A stretch of DNA of 64,000 nt, taken from Candidatus Poribacteria bacterium. Its GTDB lineage: Bacteria > Poribacteria > WGA-4E > WGA-3G. A program made the position numbers and the translations under genes. Of this stretch, positions 29,879 to 39,978 are shown in pieces. The stretch spans positions 448,001 through 512,000 of the forward strand of contig CBDANF010000002.1 in NCBI GenBank assembly GCA_965197475.1, read 5' to 3'. Below the pieces are notes generated by a model. That model did not search any database, was not told the origin of the DNA, and was given only the letters and a program-made list of their open reading frames with translations. How positions within the stretch are numbered: position 1 is the stretch's first letter; each line of letters starts with the position of its first letter.

Positions 29879-31210
29879 TCAGTTGTCCTTGCCATCAGAG
29901 GTTGGTACTGCATCGGGTTTGATTTTGATATAAGCATTTTCAAGGAGCGTATCAGTATAAGCGGTCCACTCTTTTTCAAAAAGTTGTTGACGTAGGATAC
30001 CGATAATCTGCAGTTTTTCTTGTTGTGTCAACTCAGGCGTTTTGCGTTCATCAACTTTGTAGATATAGAGACCGACTTCGGTTTCAAACGGTTCACTATG
30101 TTTTCCAACCTCAAGCGGTTCGACAACTTTCCGAGTTTTTGGATTTAACTCAGTTAGGATATGGACCCCAAGGTCCCCACCTTTTTCACGGGTTTCCGCA
30201 TCATCGGAATGTTCTTTAGCAATGGCGATAAATTTTTCCCCAGCTTCTAATTTTTTGAAAATTCCCTCGGCTTGTTCACGGGCAGTCTGTAAAGCCTTTT
30301 CACTAAATAGAAATGGAACAGTTAAATGTCGAAACGAAATCTTTTCATCAGTTCGGGTTTCAACCATGAAAACATGGATGCCATCAGCCGCTTCAATAGG
30401 TTCACTAACTTCCCCTGCTTTGAGTTTGGCAAGGACAGTTAGGAACACATCAGGATATGAAAGTATCTCTGCGGGAGTGGTTTCAATGAGAGAGCCGGCT
30501 TGGGTGTTTGGATTATGTTTTGAAGCGATGCGGCGAGCAACAACTTCAAATTGTGTTTTATCTGATCGGATCTCTTCAAGTGCCTGATTCACCGCATCAG
30601 ATGCTGCCTTTCTGTCTGCTTCGGTCGGTTTAAAAGCAATGAATACATGACGCAAATGGACTCTATCAGCTTTAGTTGGAAGTTGATCGCGGTTTTCTTC
30701 AAAAAATTTTTGGACATCGCTATCGCGTACCTGTAACCGTGGTAAAATTCTTCCCATAACCAATTTTTCCGTCATCATGTTCCGCTGGATTTGTTCACGA
30801 AAAGCAACAATAGTCATTCCATCGCGGTTAAGCAATTTTTTGAATTCTTCGTCTGATGGAATTTGGTATTGCGTCTTAAACTTTTGAATTTGTTCCTGAA
30901 CCTCAACGTCGGCGACTTGAATTTTTAGGGTTAAAGCTGCTTCTAACAGAAGCATTTGGCGAATGAGTCGATCTAAAAGTTCACCTCGCTGCTTTTCAGC
31001 CTCTTTAAGTGCTTCACTTTCGCTGAATCGGTGACTCTGCTGAAGTTCAAAGGCGTGCTGCTTAACCACTATGTCAAGTCGTCGTTTTGTTATGATATCA
31101 TCGTTGACATAAGCGATAATTTTATCAAATATCTTCGCAATACCAGGAGTCACGCTGCTGAAGATGAGAAGTAGAATCAGAAGCACACTCATTATTATTT
31201 TGGGGTTCAT
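29879..31210 (-). CDS. surA: SurA-like periplasmic chaperone/PPIase
   Basis: DKIIAYVNDDIIT SurA N-terminus, two parvulin domains (LRHVFI; AKEHSDD...GGDLG). Confidence 0.85.
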   Translation of the reverse strand: MNPKIIMSVLLILLLIFSSVTPGIAKIFDKIIAYVNDDIITKRRLDIVVKQHAFELQQSHRFSESEALKEAEKQRGELLDRLIRQMLLLEAALTLKIQVADVEVQEQIQKFKTQYQIPSDEEFKKLLNRDGMTIVAFREQIQRNMMTEKLVMGRILPRLQVRDSDVQKFFEENRDQLPTKADRVHLRHVFIAFKPTEADRKAASDAVNQALEEIRSDKTQFEVVARRIASKHNPNTQAGSLIETTPAEILSYPDVFLTVLAKLKAGEVSEPIEAADGIHVFMVETRTDEKISFRHLTVPFLFSEKALQTAREQAEGIFKKLEAGEKFIAIAKEHSDDAETREKGGDLGVHILTELNPKTRKVVEPLEVGKHSEPFETEVGLYIYKVDERKTPELTQQEKLQIIGILRQQLFEKEWTAYTDTLLENAYIKIKPDAVPTSDGKDN

Positions 31211-31324
31211 GACAGACCTCCACTGTTAGTTCGAAATTCAATTGTCGGTGATAACAACTTGCTAAGGCAACAGAAGTTGCACAAAATGTGTTTATAGTAA
31301 AATCCATAATTATTTTTACACTGT

Positions 31325-31350
31325 GGTGCGGTTAGGAAACCGCACCTACC
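31325..31350 (-). repeat. GTAG-type REP hairpin
   Basis: Minus strand GTAGGTGCGGTTTCCTAACCGCACC; lies within a weak TATAG...CTATA bracket (31293-31379). Confidence 0.7.
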
Positions 31351-31431
31351 AGGGTGTTCATAAGTTTTAAATTTCTATAAGACACCTAACCACCAAAGCA
31401 AATATTTTGGTGATATATTTCTAACTGCCTG

Positions 31432-31470
31432 TAAAAATAAGACGGGCGGAAATTGTAGTACCGCCCGTAC
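31432..31470 (-). terminator. Probable intrinsic terminator
   Basis: Minus strand acgggcgg-N11-ccgcccgt followed by cttatttt, just after the 31500 stop. Confidence 0.55.
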
Positions 31471-31499
31471 GTACTATCTGACAACCCTTCAATGAGAAT

Positions 31500-32474
31500 T
31501 TATTTCTCTGGTGATGTTTGTTCGGAGGGTTTTTCAGATTCTTTTTCGGGGACTTCGTCCTCCGGAATGCGGTCAATGAAGGTTTTAACTTGTGCCTGTT
31601 CTCGGAGCTGAGAAACCCACGCTTTCATCAGAGCGTCCCGTCGTTCCCGTTCAACCTTTCTAATGATGTTTTTACGGACATCCTCTTCACTAAAAGGTCT
31701 CTGATATGCGTCTCTGGCCTCTTTCTTAACGAACATCATGTAGTATTTTTCACCCTGCACCTCAATTTCAATGACTGATGGGTGGAGTGTGTCAATTTCT
31801 GCGCTGAAGGCAGCTTCTATGAAGGGTTCTGTTCCTGGTGGATAAGTGTTTTTGCTAATGAAGTCGGTGTCACCGGGTGAGGCAGGGTTTGCTCCAGGTC
31901 CCACCAATTCGCCTCTATCAGACAGTTCTTGTGCTGCAACGGTGATATCTTTTCCGGCTTTTATTTCAGCAAAAACTTCATCGGCGCGTTCTTTGTCCAT
32001 AAGCGTGATGCACAACAGTTTGACCTGTTCAGGACGAACGTAATCCTCTTTGTGCGCTTCATAATATTTCAGATAATCTGTTTCGTCCAGGATAAGTTTG
32101 TCATCAACTTCCTGTTCCGTGATTCTGTCAATCATTAAATCCTGAAGATAGTCTTTGACCTTCTTAAGAATTTCATGATCTTCGTTCAGTTTCTGGTCTT
32201 TGGCAAGACAGAGGATTAAACGACTTTCTGCCATGAGGGTCATATATTCTTCAAGCCCCGCTTTGTCTTTATATTGACGTTGTTTGTATCCAGGAAGTTC
32301 GCTGATTTCCTGCATCATTTCTTCAAGAGTGATTCGTTGTTTTCCATCCCATTCATATTCAGCGATGACGGTTCCATCAGCACCAATTGCTTTGTCGCCA
32401 CAACTATACAAAAATGGAAGTGTGGCAAGGATAGCGAATAATAAGATAAAGGGAATACTACTATATTTTTTCAT
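31500..32474 (-). CDS. Parvulin-type PPIase lipoprotein (PrsA/EpsD-like)
   Basis: LYSC lipobox; YYEAHKEDY..PEQV, F.EAAFS; paralogue of the next gene. Confidence 0.8.
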   Translation of the reverse strand: MKKYSSIPFILLFAILATLPFLYSCGDKAIGADGTVIAEYEWDGKQRITLEEMMQEISELPGYKQRQYKDKAGLEEYMTLMAESRLILCLAKDQKLNEDHEILKKVKDYLQDLMIDRITEQEVDDKLILDETDYLKYYEAHKEDYVRPEQVKLLCITLMDKERADEVFAEIKAGKDITVAAQELSDRGELVGPGANPASPGDTDFISKNTYPPGTEPFIEAAFSAEIDTLHPSVIEIEVQGEKYYMMFVKKEARDAYQRPFSEEDVRKNIIRKVERERRDALMKAWVSQLREQAQVKTFIDRIPEDEVPEKESEKPSEQTSPEK

Positions 32475-32507
32475 TAATTCTACCTCCTTTAGGTAATGTT
32501 GTGGGAG

Positions 32508-33482
32508 CTACTTCTCTGGAGTATTGGATTCCTCTTCCGATGTTTCTGGCTGAACGGGTTCAGGAATATTCTCTGGATAAGTTTTCAGTTTTCCTCTTTT
32601 AGAGATTTCTTCAACCCATTCAAGAATACGGGCGCGTTTCATCTCTCGTTCAACTTTCCGTTTAACGTCGGATTGGACTTCATCAAATTCTTTCTGGCGT
32701 TCTGGTTGATGTTCCTCTTTGCGGAAAATGAGGTAATATGTTTCATCGTTTACATCAGTTTCAAAGACAGCATCAGTCATTTCGCCATTTTCCATCTCAA
32801 AAACAGCTTCAATAAATTCAGACCAGTTTGGCGATGCGGTTTTGCTAAAGAAAAATGTGTTGCCAGGATCCTTTTCACCTGTGCCAGGACCGTTAACTAA
32901 TTTTTTTTCTTCAGAGAGTTTCTTTGCCATTTCAACAATATCTTTTCCGGCTTTAATCTGGTCTAAAGTTTCATTAGCTAAGTCTTCGTCATCAAGGGTA
33001 ATACAGGTTGCACGTGCCTTTGCGTCTTCAATGTATTCACTCTTGTGCTTCTCGTAAAACGTCATGAGGTCTGTATCCGTGTAAGACACCTTTGCATCAA
33101 CTTCCGTTTCGGTGAGTTTTTCAACCATGAGTTGATGGGTATAATCTTCAACTTTTTTAAGGTGATCTTCTAATTTGTCAAACCCCACATCTGTCGCTTG
33201 GAGCAGTTTGAGTTTTTTGTCAATATAATCTTCTAAGTATTCTGCTTTACCCTCTTTATTGGCATAGTTTTGCTGGCGGTAGGACGGTAATTCTGCAATA
33301 GCAGATTCCAGCTCAGCAAGTGAAATCTGGTGAAGTTCGTCTTTCCACTTCAATTCAGCTAAAATTATTTGATCCTTGTCAACCTCTTTTTCTGCGGATT
33401 CGTGGTTGTCAGAACGGACAAGAGACCAAGTGAGAAGACAAGTTGCAACAGCTACTGTAACAACAATAAATAATTTTTTCAC
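32508..33482 (-). CDS. Parvulin-type PPIase (PrsA/EpsD-like)
   Basis: N-terminal anchor; FYEKHKSEY, FIEAVFEM..GEMTD, P.RQKEFDEV. Confidence 0.8.
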   Translation of the reverse strand: MKKLFIVVTVAVATCLLTWSLVRSDNHESAEKEVDKDQIILAELKWKDELHQISLAELESAIAELPSYRQQNYANKEGKAEYLEDYIDKKLKLLQATDVGFDKLEDHLKKVEDYTHQLMVEKLTETEVDAKVSYTDTDLMTFYEKHKSEYIEDAKARATCITLDDEDLANETLDQIKAGKDIVEMAKKLSEEKKLVNGPGTGEKDPGNTFFFSKTASPNWSEFIEAVFEMENGEMTDAVFETDVNDETYYLIFRKEEHQPERQKEFDEVQSDVKRKVEREMKRARILEWVEEISKRGKLKTYPENIPEPVQPETSEEESNTPEK

Positions 33483-33543
33483 TTTGGAATTCTCCTTTCA
33501 ATTTCATTGAGGTGGCATTGCCCCTCGTTTGTATTAAACATAT

Positions 33544-36500
33544 TCAATTAGATACAACAAACATAGTCAAAATTTGTTGTAATTCGGTTAATAATTTTTT
33601 TCCGGTGAGTTTCTCTATACTAATTATCAGTTGTGCTGGCGGACGTAGTTGGAGCAGCGGGTTATCTTGAATTGCATCAATGAACTGCACCACATCAATC
33701 TTCGGGTTGTGTTCATCAAAGGTCACTTTAATTCGGTTACCTCCCGCAACAATCCCCGTAATACCTAATTTTTGGCATAGTTGTTTGATACCACAAATTT
33801 CCAACAACATCTCAACAGGTTCAGGTATGTCTCCATATCTGTCTTTAAGTTCATTGGTCAGTTCATGCTTATCTGTATCGGTTTTTAGCGTAGAAATTTT
33901 CTTATAGATAGCAATTTTCTGTCGGCTGTCAGGGATATAGTCGTCTGGCAAAAATGCATCAATAGGTAAATTTATACTAGTTTCAATTTCTTCTTCAATC
34001 TTTTCGCCTTTTAAAGTTCGGACAGCCTCATCAAGCAGTTTACAATAGAGTTCGTATCCAACGTTCGTGATATGTCCATGCTGTTGGGCACCGAGGATAT
34101 TCCCTGCTCCACGTATTTCTAAGTCTCTTAGTGCTATTTTGAAGCCAGAACCGAGGTCCGTAAATTCTTCAATAACACGTAGCCGTTTCTGTGCGCGTTC
34201 AGTTATCGGTTTATCTTGTGGGTAGAAAAGGTAACCGTAAGCTTGTGCATCGGCACGTCCGACCCGACCACGAAGTTGATATAACTGTGCTAATCCGAAC
34301 GCATCCGCCCGATTTATCATGATGGTATTAACGTTCGGAATGTCAAGTCCGGATTCAATAATCATCGTACAGACGAGGATATCATGTTTGTGGCGGACAA
34401 ACTCTAACATGACACTTTCTAACTCGCGTTCAGGCATCTGTCCGTGAGCGATAGCAACCCGTGCATGCGGAACAAGTTCTTGAATGGTTTTGGCAATTAT
34501 AGCAATATTCTGTACACGGTTGTGGACGAAGAATACCTGTCCGTTTCTCGCTAACTCATTCATTATAGCATCTCGGATAACTTTAGTGTTGTAAGGCATC
34601 ACATGCGTCTGAATCGGCAACCGATTGGCTGGGGGTGTGTTGATAATACTGAAGTCTCTGATGCCAATAAGAGACATGTGCAAAGTGCGCGGAATCGGTG
34701 TCGCTGTGAGCGTAAGGACATCTACTGTCTCTTTAAACTGCTTAATTTTTTCTTTGTGTTTCACGCCGAAACGATGTTCTTCGTCAACTATTAGTAATCC
34801 GAGATTATCAAAAATGACGGAATCGGAAAGCAGGCTATGCGTGCCAATAACAATATCGACGGTGCCATCTTCAAGTCTTTCTTTAACCGATTGAATTTCC
34901 TTACGGCTTCGGAAACGGTTGAGCATTTCAACATGGATGGGAAACGGTTTGAAACGTTTTTCAAAAGTGTCGTAGTGCTGCAGGGTGAGGATAGTAGTTG
35001 GAGCGAGGAGGGCGACCTGCTTTTCTGCCATGACTGCTTTGAAAGCGGCTCGCAATGCAACTTCCGTCTTACCGTAACCAACATCTCCGCAGACGAGTCG
35101 ATCCATAGGTTTTTCAGTCTCCATGTCAGCTTTAACGTCTTCAATGGCTTGGAGTTGGTCATCTGTTTCTTGAAAAGGAAAGAGTGCCTCAAATTCACCT
35201 TCCCATGACACCTCTGTCGGAAAACCATATCCTTTGCTTGCTTGCCGCGCGGCGTATAATTTAAGCAGTTCTTCTGCCATTTCTTCAACAGCAGCTTTTG
35301 CGCGTTGTTTTTTGTTTTGCCAAGATTTTCCACCAAGATAATCTATGCTCGGTTGGTATGCTTCATCTTTGTTTCCAATATACTTTTGAACAAGATCAAC
35401 TTGGTATGTTGGCACATAGAGTCTATCGTCTTCCTTGTATCTAAGGATGAGAAAGTCCTGAGATTGTCCATCTATATCAATTCGGCGAATGCCTTCGTAA
35501 ATTGCAATACCGTGCGAAATGTGAACAACATAGTCTCCTACTTTCATATCTACGAGGCTTAAAATCGGTGTGCCGTTTTTGTGTCGTTTTGGTGAAACAA
35601 CTCGCCGCTGCTGACTTCCAAAAATCTCGCTTTCTGAGATAGCAACAAGTTTGAGCGATTCACTCAGAAAACCTTCGGATATAAAACCAACACTAACGGA
35701 AGTATGCTCTGGTGGTAGGTCGCGCTCAATCAACATTTCTAAAACCCGTTTTGCCTGTTGTGGCGTTTCGCAGAAAACGTTAACCAGATACCCTTTAGTT
35801 GTCCACCTTTTGATGTGGTCAATAACCATCTGGTAGTTGCCGCTACCGAGCCCAAGCGGCTTCATGCCAAAATGTAGTTCCAAGATATCTGTGGATTCAT
35901 TAACCTTAGCGGATATCTCTTGATTATCATGATCGGATGCTAAAGAGATAGGGATGTTCGGATAGTTTCCTAATTCAGACTGAAGTTTGTTAGTCGGAAC
36001 TAACAAACTATCAAGAGTCGGCATCAATTTTCCCTCTGCCAACTTCCGATCATATATTTCTTGTAGTTGCTCGCGCATCTGTTCTGCTTCCCGAGCTTGC
36101 CATCTCGGTTCAACCATGACGACAATTGTTTCATCTGTTAAATAATCGGTCCACATTTCTGTTTGCGGAAATAACATAGGTAGAAAGGCTTCAATACCCT
36201 CAATTTCCACCGTCGGATCCTCAATTACATCCCATTTTTTAGACTGTGCCCGTCCAAGACAATCCTCTAAGAGTTGTGTCATTTCCCGAATAGTATTGAT
36301 AAATTCGGTAGTATTTGCTGTTTCCTTCATCAGCCGTTCGGTTTGTGATTTCCAATGGGAAATAGAGATGTCAGCAAGACATGCCTCTGACATCGGCGTG
36401 ATAACAACGGAAGTGTCCTGCTCTATTGAAACTTGTGAGGTCGGGTCAAATAGGCGGATGTCGTCAAGTTCATCTCCAAAAAAATCAAGTCTGGTAGGTG

Positions 36501-37140
36501 CATCTGCAGTAAGCAGATAGATATCTAAAATATCGCCTCTGTGTGCGAATTCACCCTTTACTTCGACCAGTTCGACTTGTCGGTATCCACTACGAATCAG
36601 AAATGTAATAAGTTCGTGGAACTCTATCTCATCACCGACTTTAAGCGTGCGACACGCCGAAGTGAATGTGTCGCGCGGTGGAAGATTGTAGGATAACGCC
36701 CGAACAGTAGTAAACACAACACTTTGTGGTGTTGTCTGTGAAGAATCAAACTCGTGGGGACTACTTTTTTTTGTAATTAGGCTATGTAGACAACGCATCC
36801 TATCAACAGAGATGTTTTTACTTGGTGATACCCCTTCAAAAAGGGTATTCTGCCACGCTGGAAAAAGATGCAAGTCCGTTTGTAGAGCAGACGACATAGC
36901 ATTACCGTGTTCGGAATTGGGATTCTGGAACGAGCGCACCTCTTCCAATACCTGCTCTGCTTCGCGGTGTGAGGGAAACACGATGAGGAAAGATTTATCC
37001 GAAAAATCTTCTATTAGAGTTGCCAAGAAATAGGAAGTTGATGCATTGCGTAACCCTCTGATCCACGGAGGGTTCTCTCCATTCTTAAGGCATTCAATCA
37101 GTTTCTGATAATTTTTCGTTTTTCGTAAAAACTCTAACAC
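33544..37140 (-). CDS. mfd: Transcription-repair coupling factor
   Basis: UvrB-like N-terminus, CarD/RID (GDYVVHISHG), CGDVGYGKTEVA, DEEHRFG, QLRGRVGR, RDLEIRGAGNILG; likely GTG start 37140. Confidence 0.97.
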   Translation of the reverse strand: MLEFLRKTKNYQKLIECLKNGENPPWIRGLRNASTSYFLATLIEDFSDKSFLIVFPSHREAEQVLEEVRSFQNPNSEHGNAMSSALQTDLHLFPAWQNTLFEGVSPSKNISVDRMRCLHSLITKKSSPHEFDSSQTTPQSVVFTTVRALSYNLPPRDTFTSACRTLKVGDEIEFHELITFLIRSGYRQVELVEVKGEFAHRGDILDIYLLTADAPTRLDFFGDELDDIRLFDPTSQVSIEQDTSVVITPMSEACLADISISHWKSQTERLMKETANTTEFINTIREMTQLLEDCLGRAQSKKWDVIEDPTVEIEGIEAFLPMLFPQTEMWTDYLTDETIVVMVEPRWQAREAEQMREQLQEIYDRKLAEGKLMPTLDSLLVPTNKLQSELGNYPNIPISLASDHDNQEISAKVNESTDILELHFGMKPLGLGSGNYQMVIDHIKRWTTKGYLVNVFCETPQQAKRVLEMLIERDLPPEHTSVSVGFISEGFLSESLKLVAISESEIFGSQQRRVVSPKRHKNGTPILSLVDMKVGDYVVHISHGIAIYEGIRRIDIDGQSQDFLILRYKEDDRLYVPTYQVDLVQKYIGNKDEAYQPSIDYLGGKSWQNKKQRAKAAVEEMAEELLKLYAARQASKGYGFPTEVSWEGEFEALFPFQETDDQLQAIEDVKADMETEKPMDRLVCGDVGYGKTEVALRAAFKAVMAEKQVALLAPTTILTLQHYDTFEKRFKPFPIHVEMLNRFRSRKEIQSVKERLEDGTVDIVIGTHSLLSDSVIFDNLGLLIVDEEHRFGVKHKEKIKQFKETVDVLTLTATPIPRTLHMSLIGIRDFSIINTPPANRLPIQTHVMPYNTKVIRDAIMNELARNGQVFFVHNRVQNIAIIAKTIQELVPHARVAIAHGQMPERELESVMLEFVRHKHDILVCTMIIESGLDIPNVNTIMINRADAFGLAQLYQLRGRVGRADAQAYGYLFYPQDKPITERAQKRLRVIEEFTDLGSGFKIALRDLEIRGAGNILGAQQHGHITNVGYELYCKLLDEAVRTLKGEKIEEEIETSINLPIDAFLPDDYIPDSRQKIAIYKKISTLKTDTDKHELTNELKDRYGDIPEPVEMLLEICGIKQLCQKLGITGIVAGGNRIKVTFDEHNPKIDVVQFIDAIQDNPLLQLRPPAQLIISIEKLTGKKLLTELQQILTMFVVSN

Positions 37141-37238
37141 GAACTGTTCCTTGTTGTCCGGTAGCAGGAGTACACCTAATGATAGAAAAAGCATCGCGGA
37201 AATGCACGTGTGTTCCGCGCGACTAACAATCGAACTAT

Positions 37239-38093
37239 TTATCTTATACCTTCAATTTTTTTGAGGTTGGCTTTCATTTTGCCAAGTTTTATCTCCGCTT
37301 CAATTTTGACAGGGATATGGCGAGGGTCATCGGTCAACCAAAGCCGATAACCGTGTGAGGTGCACACCACAAGTGTTCTGACTTGACCTAAGCCTTTGAT
37401 TTTTAAAACTTCTCCTCGTTCTACACTTATGCTTATTTTTACGACCTTAGCTTTGCTAATTAGTGGAAAGAAGTAAGTTTTGCCGGGAATCAACTTCTTA
37501 CACCGCAGAAAGTAGATCATGGAAAGTTCATCTTGTGTGCCGAATGGAATATCTAATACTTTTTTCTCATGTTTCTTCGGTTCTTTTTCACTGTTTTGTG
37601 AGGTTTTTTCATAGGCTGCCTCGCCTTCATAAAAATTGATCTCAACGATAGCACTGTATTTTTTATCTTCAAGTAGATTCCTAAAGCGAAGCGGATAGAA
37701 CCCTACGGTGTTCAGAAAAGTAAATTGGCGGTTCTGAAAGCGGTGTATCCTGGAGGCAACACCGCTTGTTTTTGCTTCAGATCTGATTTGTAATATGCTT
37801 TTGCCATCAATCACCATTTTTTTTTCAATATGGTCAACCCGATTTCCAGCTGGAATCCATCCAAGTTTGACGTTGTATGTCAATTTTTCACCCACTGTTA
37901 GCGGATGCACGGAAACTTCTTCAACATCTACAAGTGGGATTTCTCCCTTTTTCTGATTCTTAGCAGAGGGATTTTTAGGGTTCGCTTCCTCCGAAACAAC
38001 TGTGGATAGCGGTGAACTTATTCCTATTAATAGAATGATGAATAATAAGCACTTCACATAATTCACATTTAATAGCTCCAAAGAGATGCTCAC
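37239..38093 (-). CDS. DUF3108-like exported protein
   Basis: GEKLTY, QDELS..Y.LR, WLTDD...IPVKI. Confidence 0.7.
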   Translation of the reverse strand: MSISLELLNVNYVKCLLFIILLIGISSPLSTVVSEEANPKNPSAKNQKKGEIPLVDVEEVSVHPLTVGEKLTYNVKLGWIPAGNRVDHIEKKMVIDGKSILQIRSEAKTSGVASRIHRFQNRQFTFLNTVGFYPLRFRNLLEDKKYSAIVEINFYEGEAAYEKTSQNSEKEPKKHEKKVLDIPFGTQDELSMIYFLRCKKLIPGKTYFFPLISKAKVVKISISVERGEVLKIKGLGQVRTLVVCTSHGYRLWLTDDPRHIPVKIEAEIKLGKMKANLKKIEGIR

Positions 38094-38215
38094 CTCTTGC
38101 GGATCAAAAAACCGATTTTGATTGCGAAATACACTGACAGTAAAGTCGGTTCAAGCAAAAAGATATTATAACCGTTCCCATCATCTTAACAAACAACACT
38201 TTCATAGCAGACACG

Positions 38216-38824
38216 CTAAAACCGATGCGTAAAAATAAGGGCGCGCATCCCATGTTTATTTTGTTGCATTTGCACGGAAATTCTTCGATTATTATATTCT
38301 TCAGCTGTTTTTGAAGCATCAAGGATATTCCACACGTGCAATCCGATGCCTGTGATAAAAAAAAGTGTCCCTCGGATACTATGATCTGCCATTCTTGCCC
38401 GGACTTGGTCTGTGCTTAAGAAATTGCTTGTCCTTTCATCGTAGAAACCTGTCCCAAATGTATTGTGGTTTCTGTAGTGTAAGGCACGTGCGATATTATA
38501 ACTTGCTAAAGAAAAGACCCCTATCTCTGCGGTAAGAAAAAGTGTGGCTTTGAGATAGCTATCCGCATAAGCCTGCCCTAAACCGGGCATAGATGCCGAT
38601 AACAGTGATGCTTTTCGCGCACTACGTACCGGGTAGTATTGGCTCCCATGAGTACGGAATAGCGGGTACATCGGTTCAGTATGGGTATTTTGCGTAGGCG
38701 ATGATACCTGTCGTTTCGAAATCGGCTTCTTGTCAGGAGGTTGTTGCTCAGCTGACAATGCCTCCATTTGGGTGCAAAAAGTGGTCAAGAAAGCGATTAA
38801 CGAAAGAATTAGGTATTTTTTCAC
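38216..38824 (-). CDS. DUF5683-like membrane protein
   Basis: KASLLSASMPGLGQAY ... WNILDA motif. Confidence 0.65.
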   Translation of the reverse strand: MKKYLILSLIAFLTTFCTQMEALSAEQQPPDKKPISKRQVSSPTQNTHTEPMYPLFRTHGSQYYPVRSARKASLLSASMPGLGQAYADSYLKATLFLTAEIGVFSLASYNIARALHYRNHNTFGTGFYDERTSNFLSTDQVRARMADHSIRGTLFFITGIGLHVWNILDASKTAEEYNNRRISVQMQQNKHGMRALIFTHRF

Positions 38825-38950
38825 AATCGTTCCTTTCAGTTTTACAATTAACGATACATCTTAGATAGACGTGTTTACCACTGGGCAGAACCATTCAATT
38901 CTCCGAAAGTTTCCACCTTTTGGTCAAAGTCTCTCTGGCGTAAGGTTTTC

Positions 38951-39754
38951 TTAACGAGGCAGCGCGGGTGCTAATTGTATATTTTCTCGGTCAGTTTGGT
39001 ATGCCCAGTCAAATTCCACATCATCATCAGATAGTTTGCGAACATGAATTTTAGCGAAGTTCCCATCAGGCGTATAAATAGCATAGATATGACCTTCAAT
39101 GAGTTCGACAAACAACGTTGTATAGCCGTATTCCGGGACAACATCAACATCATCAAAGTGTTCGTGGTAACCCAAATCCTGCATTGCAGTTTCGTTGTCT
39201 GAATAGAGGTAGGTGATATTTACCACCGTATCTAAGCCAAAATAGACATCTGTCGTTCTGTCATCCCACGCGATACTTCCCTTACCGGGATGTGAAAAAT
39301 CAAAACCGCTGCGATCTGGTGCAAGTTGGTAATCATCTAAGATGATGTTTCTGCCTGCTGGACGAGGTGTATCCCATGCGTTTTCTGGACTCCGTTCGCT
39401 CTCATTGTCGCTTGAATCAAAAGCGGAAACAGCATAATAGTAAGTTCTTCCGTTCCGGACATTCCTATCTGTGTAGTGTGTAGTTTCATCAGACAGATCA
39501 ACTATCGCCTCAAAATTTTCGTTGCCTTCACGTCTCCATACAGTGTACCCCGCCAAGTCAAATTCGGCGTTGGGATACCATTCAATGCGAACAGACTCGT
39601 CTCCTGTTATCGTTTTGACACCTCGCGGGACGGCTGGAGGTTCATGATCAGTATCGTCGCCCTCATCATCCACATCAATATAACATCCTGCAAGCGTTGC
39701 TACAAGGATCACACACAGAAATAGTGCTATGAGTCCTTTTATTTTTGTCAACAT
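38951..39754 (-). CDS. Fibronectin type III lipoprotein
   Basis: LAGC lipobox; PPAVPRG...W...DLAGYTVWR...YYYAVSAFD..DNES FN3; C-terminal domain ending TPDGNFAKI...FDWAYQ. Confidence 0.75.
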   Translation of the reverse strand: MLTKIKGLIALFLCVILVATLAGCYIDVDDEGDDTDHEPPAVPRGVKTITGDESVRIEWYPNAEFDLAGYTVWRREGNENFEAIVDLSDETTHYTDRNVRNGRTYYYAVSAFDSSDNESERSPENAWDTPRPAGRNIILDDYQLAPDRSGFDFSHPGKGSIAWDDRTTDVYFGLDTVVNITYLYSDNETAMQDLGYHEHFDDVDVVPEYGYTTLFVELIEGHIYAIYTPDGNFAKIHVRKLSDDDVEFDWAYQTDRENIQLAPALPR

Positions 39755-39978
39755 TTTTTGTACTCCCGTTGTGAAATGTGATATACATCCGAGTGTAACG
39801 CTAATCAATGGGTATGCGTTGACATGATTATTATACTACCATTAAATTCGCAAAAATGCAAGGTAAATTGGGTGTGTAAAGTTTTGTCACAAATGGTATT
39901 AGACATTATAACGTTTTAATTGTGAGTTTTGTTAGTTTGTAGTATACTTGTAAGAAAATCTATTTTGGAGTCCAACTG

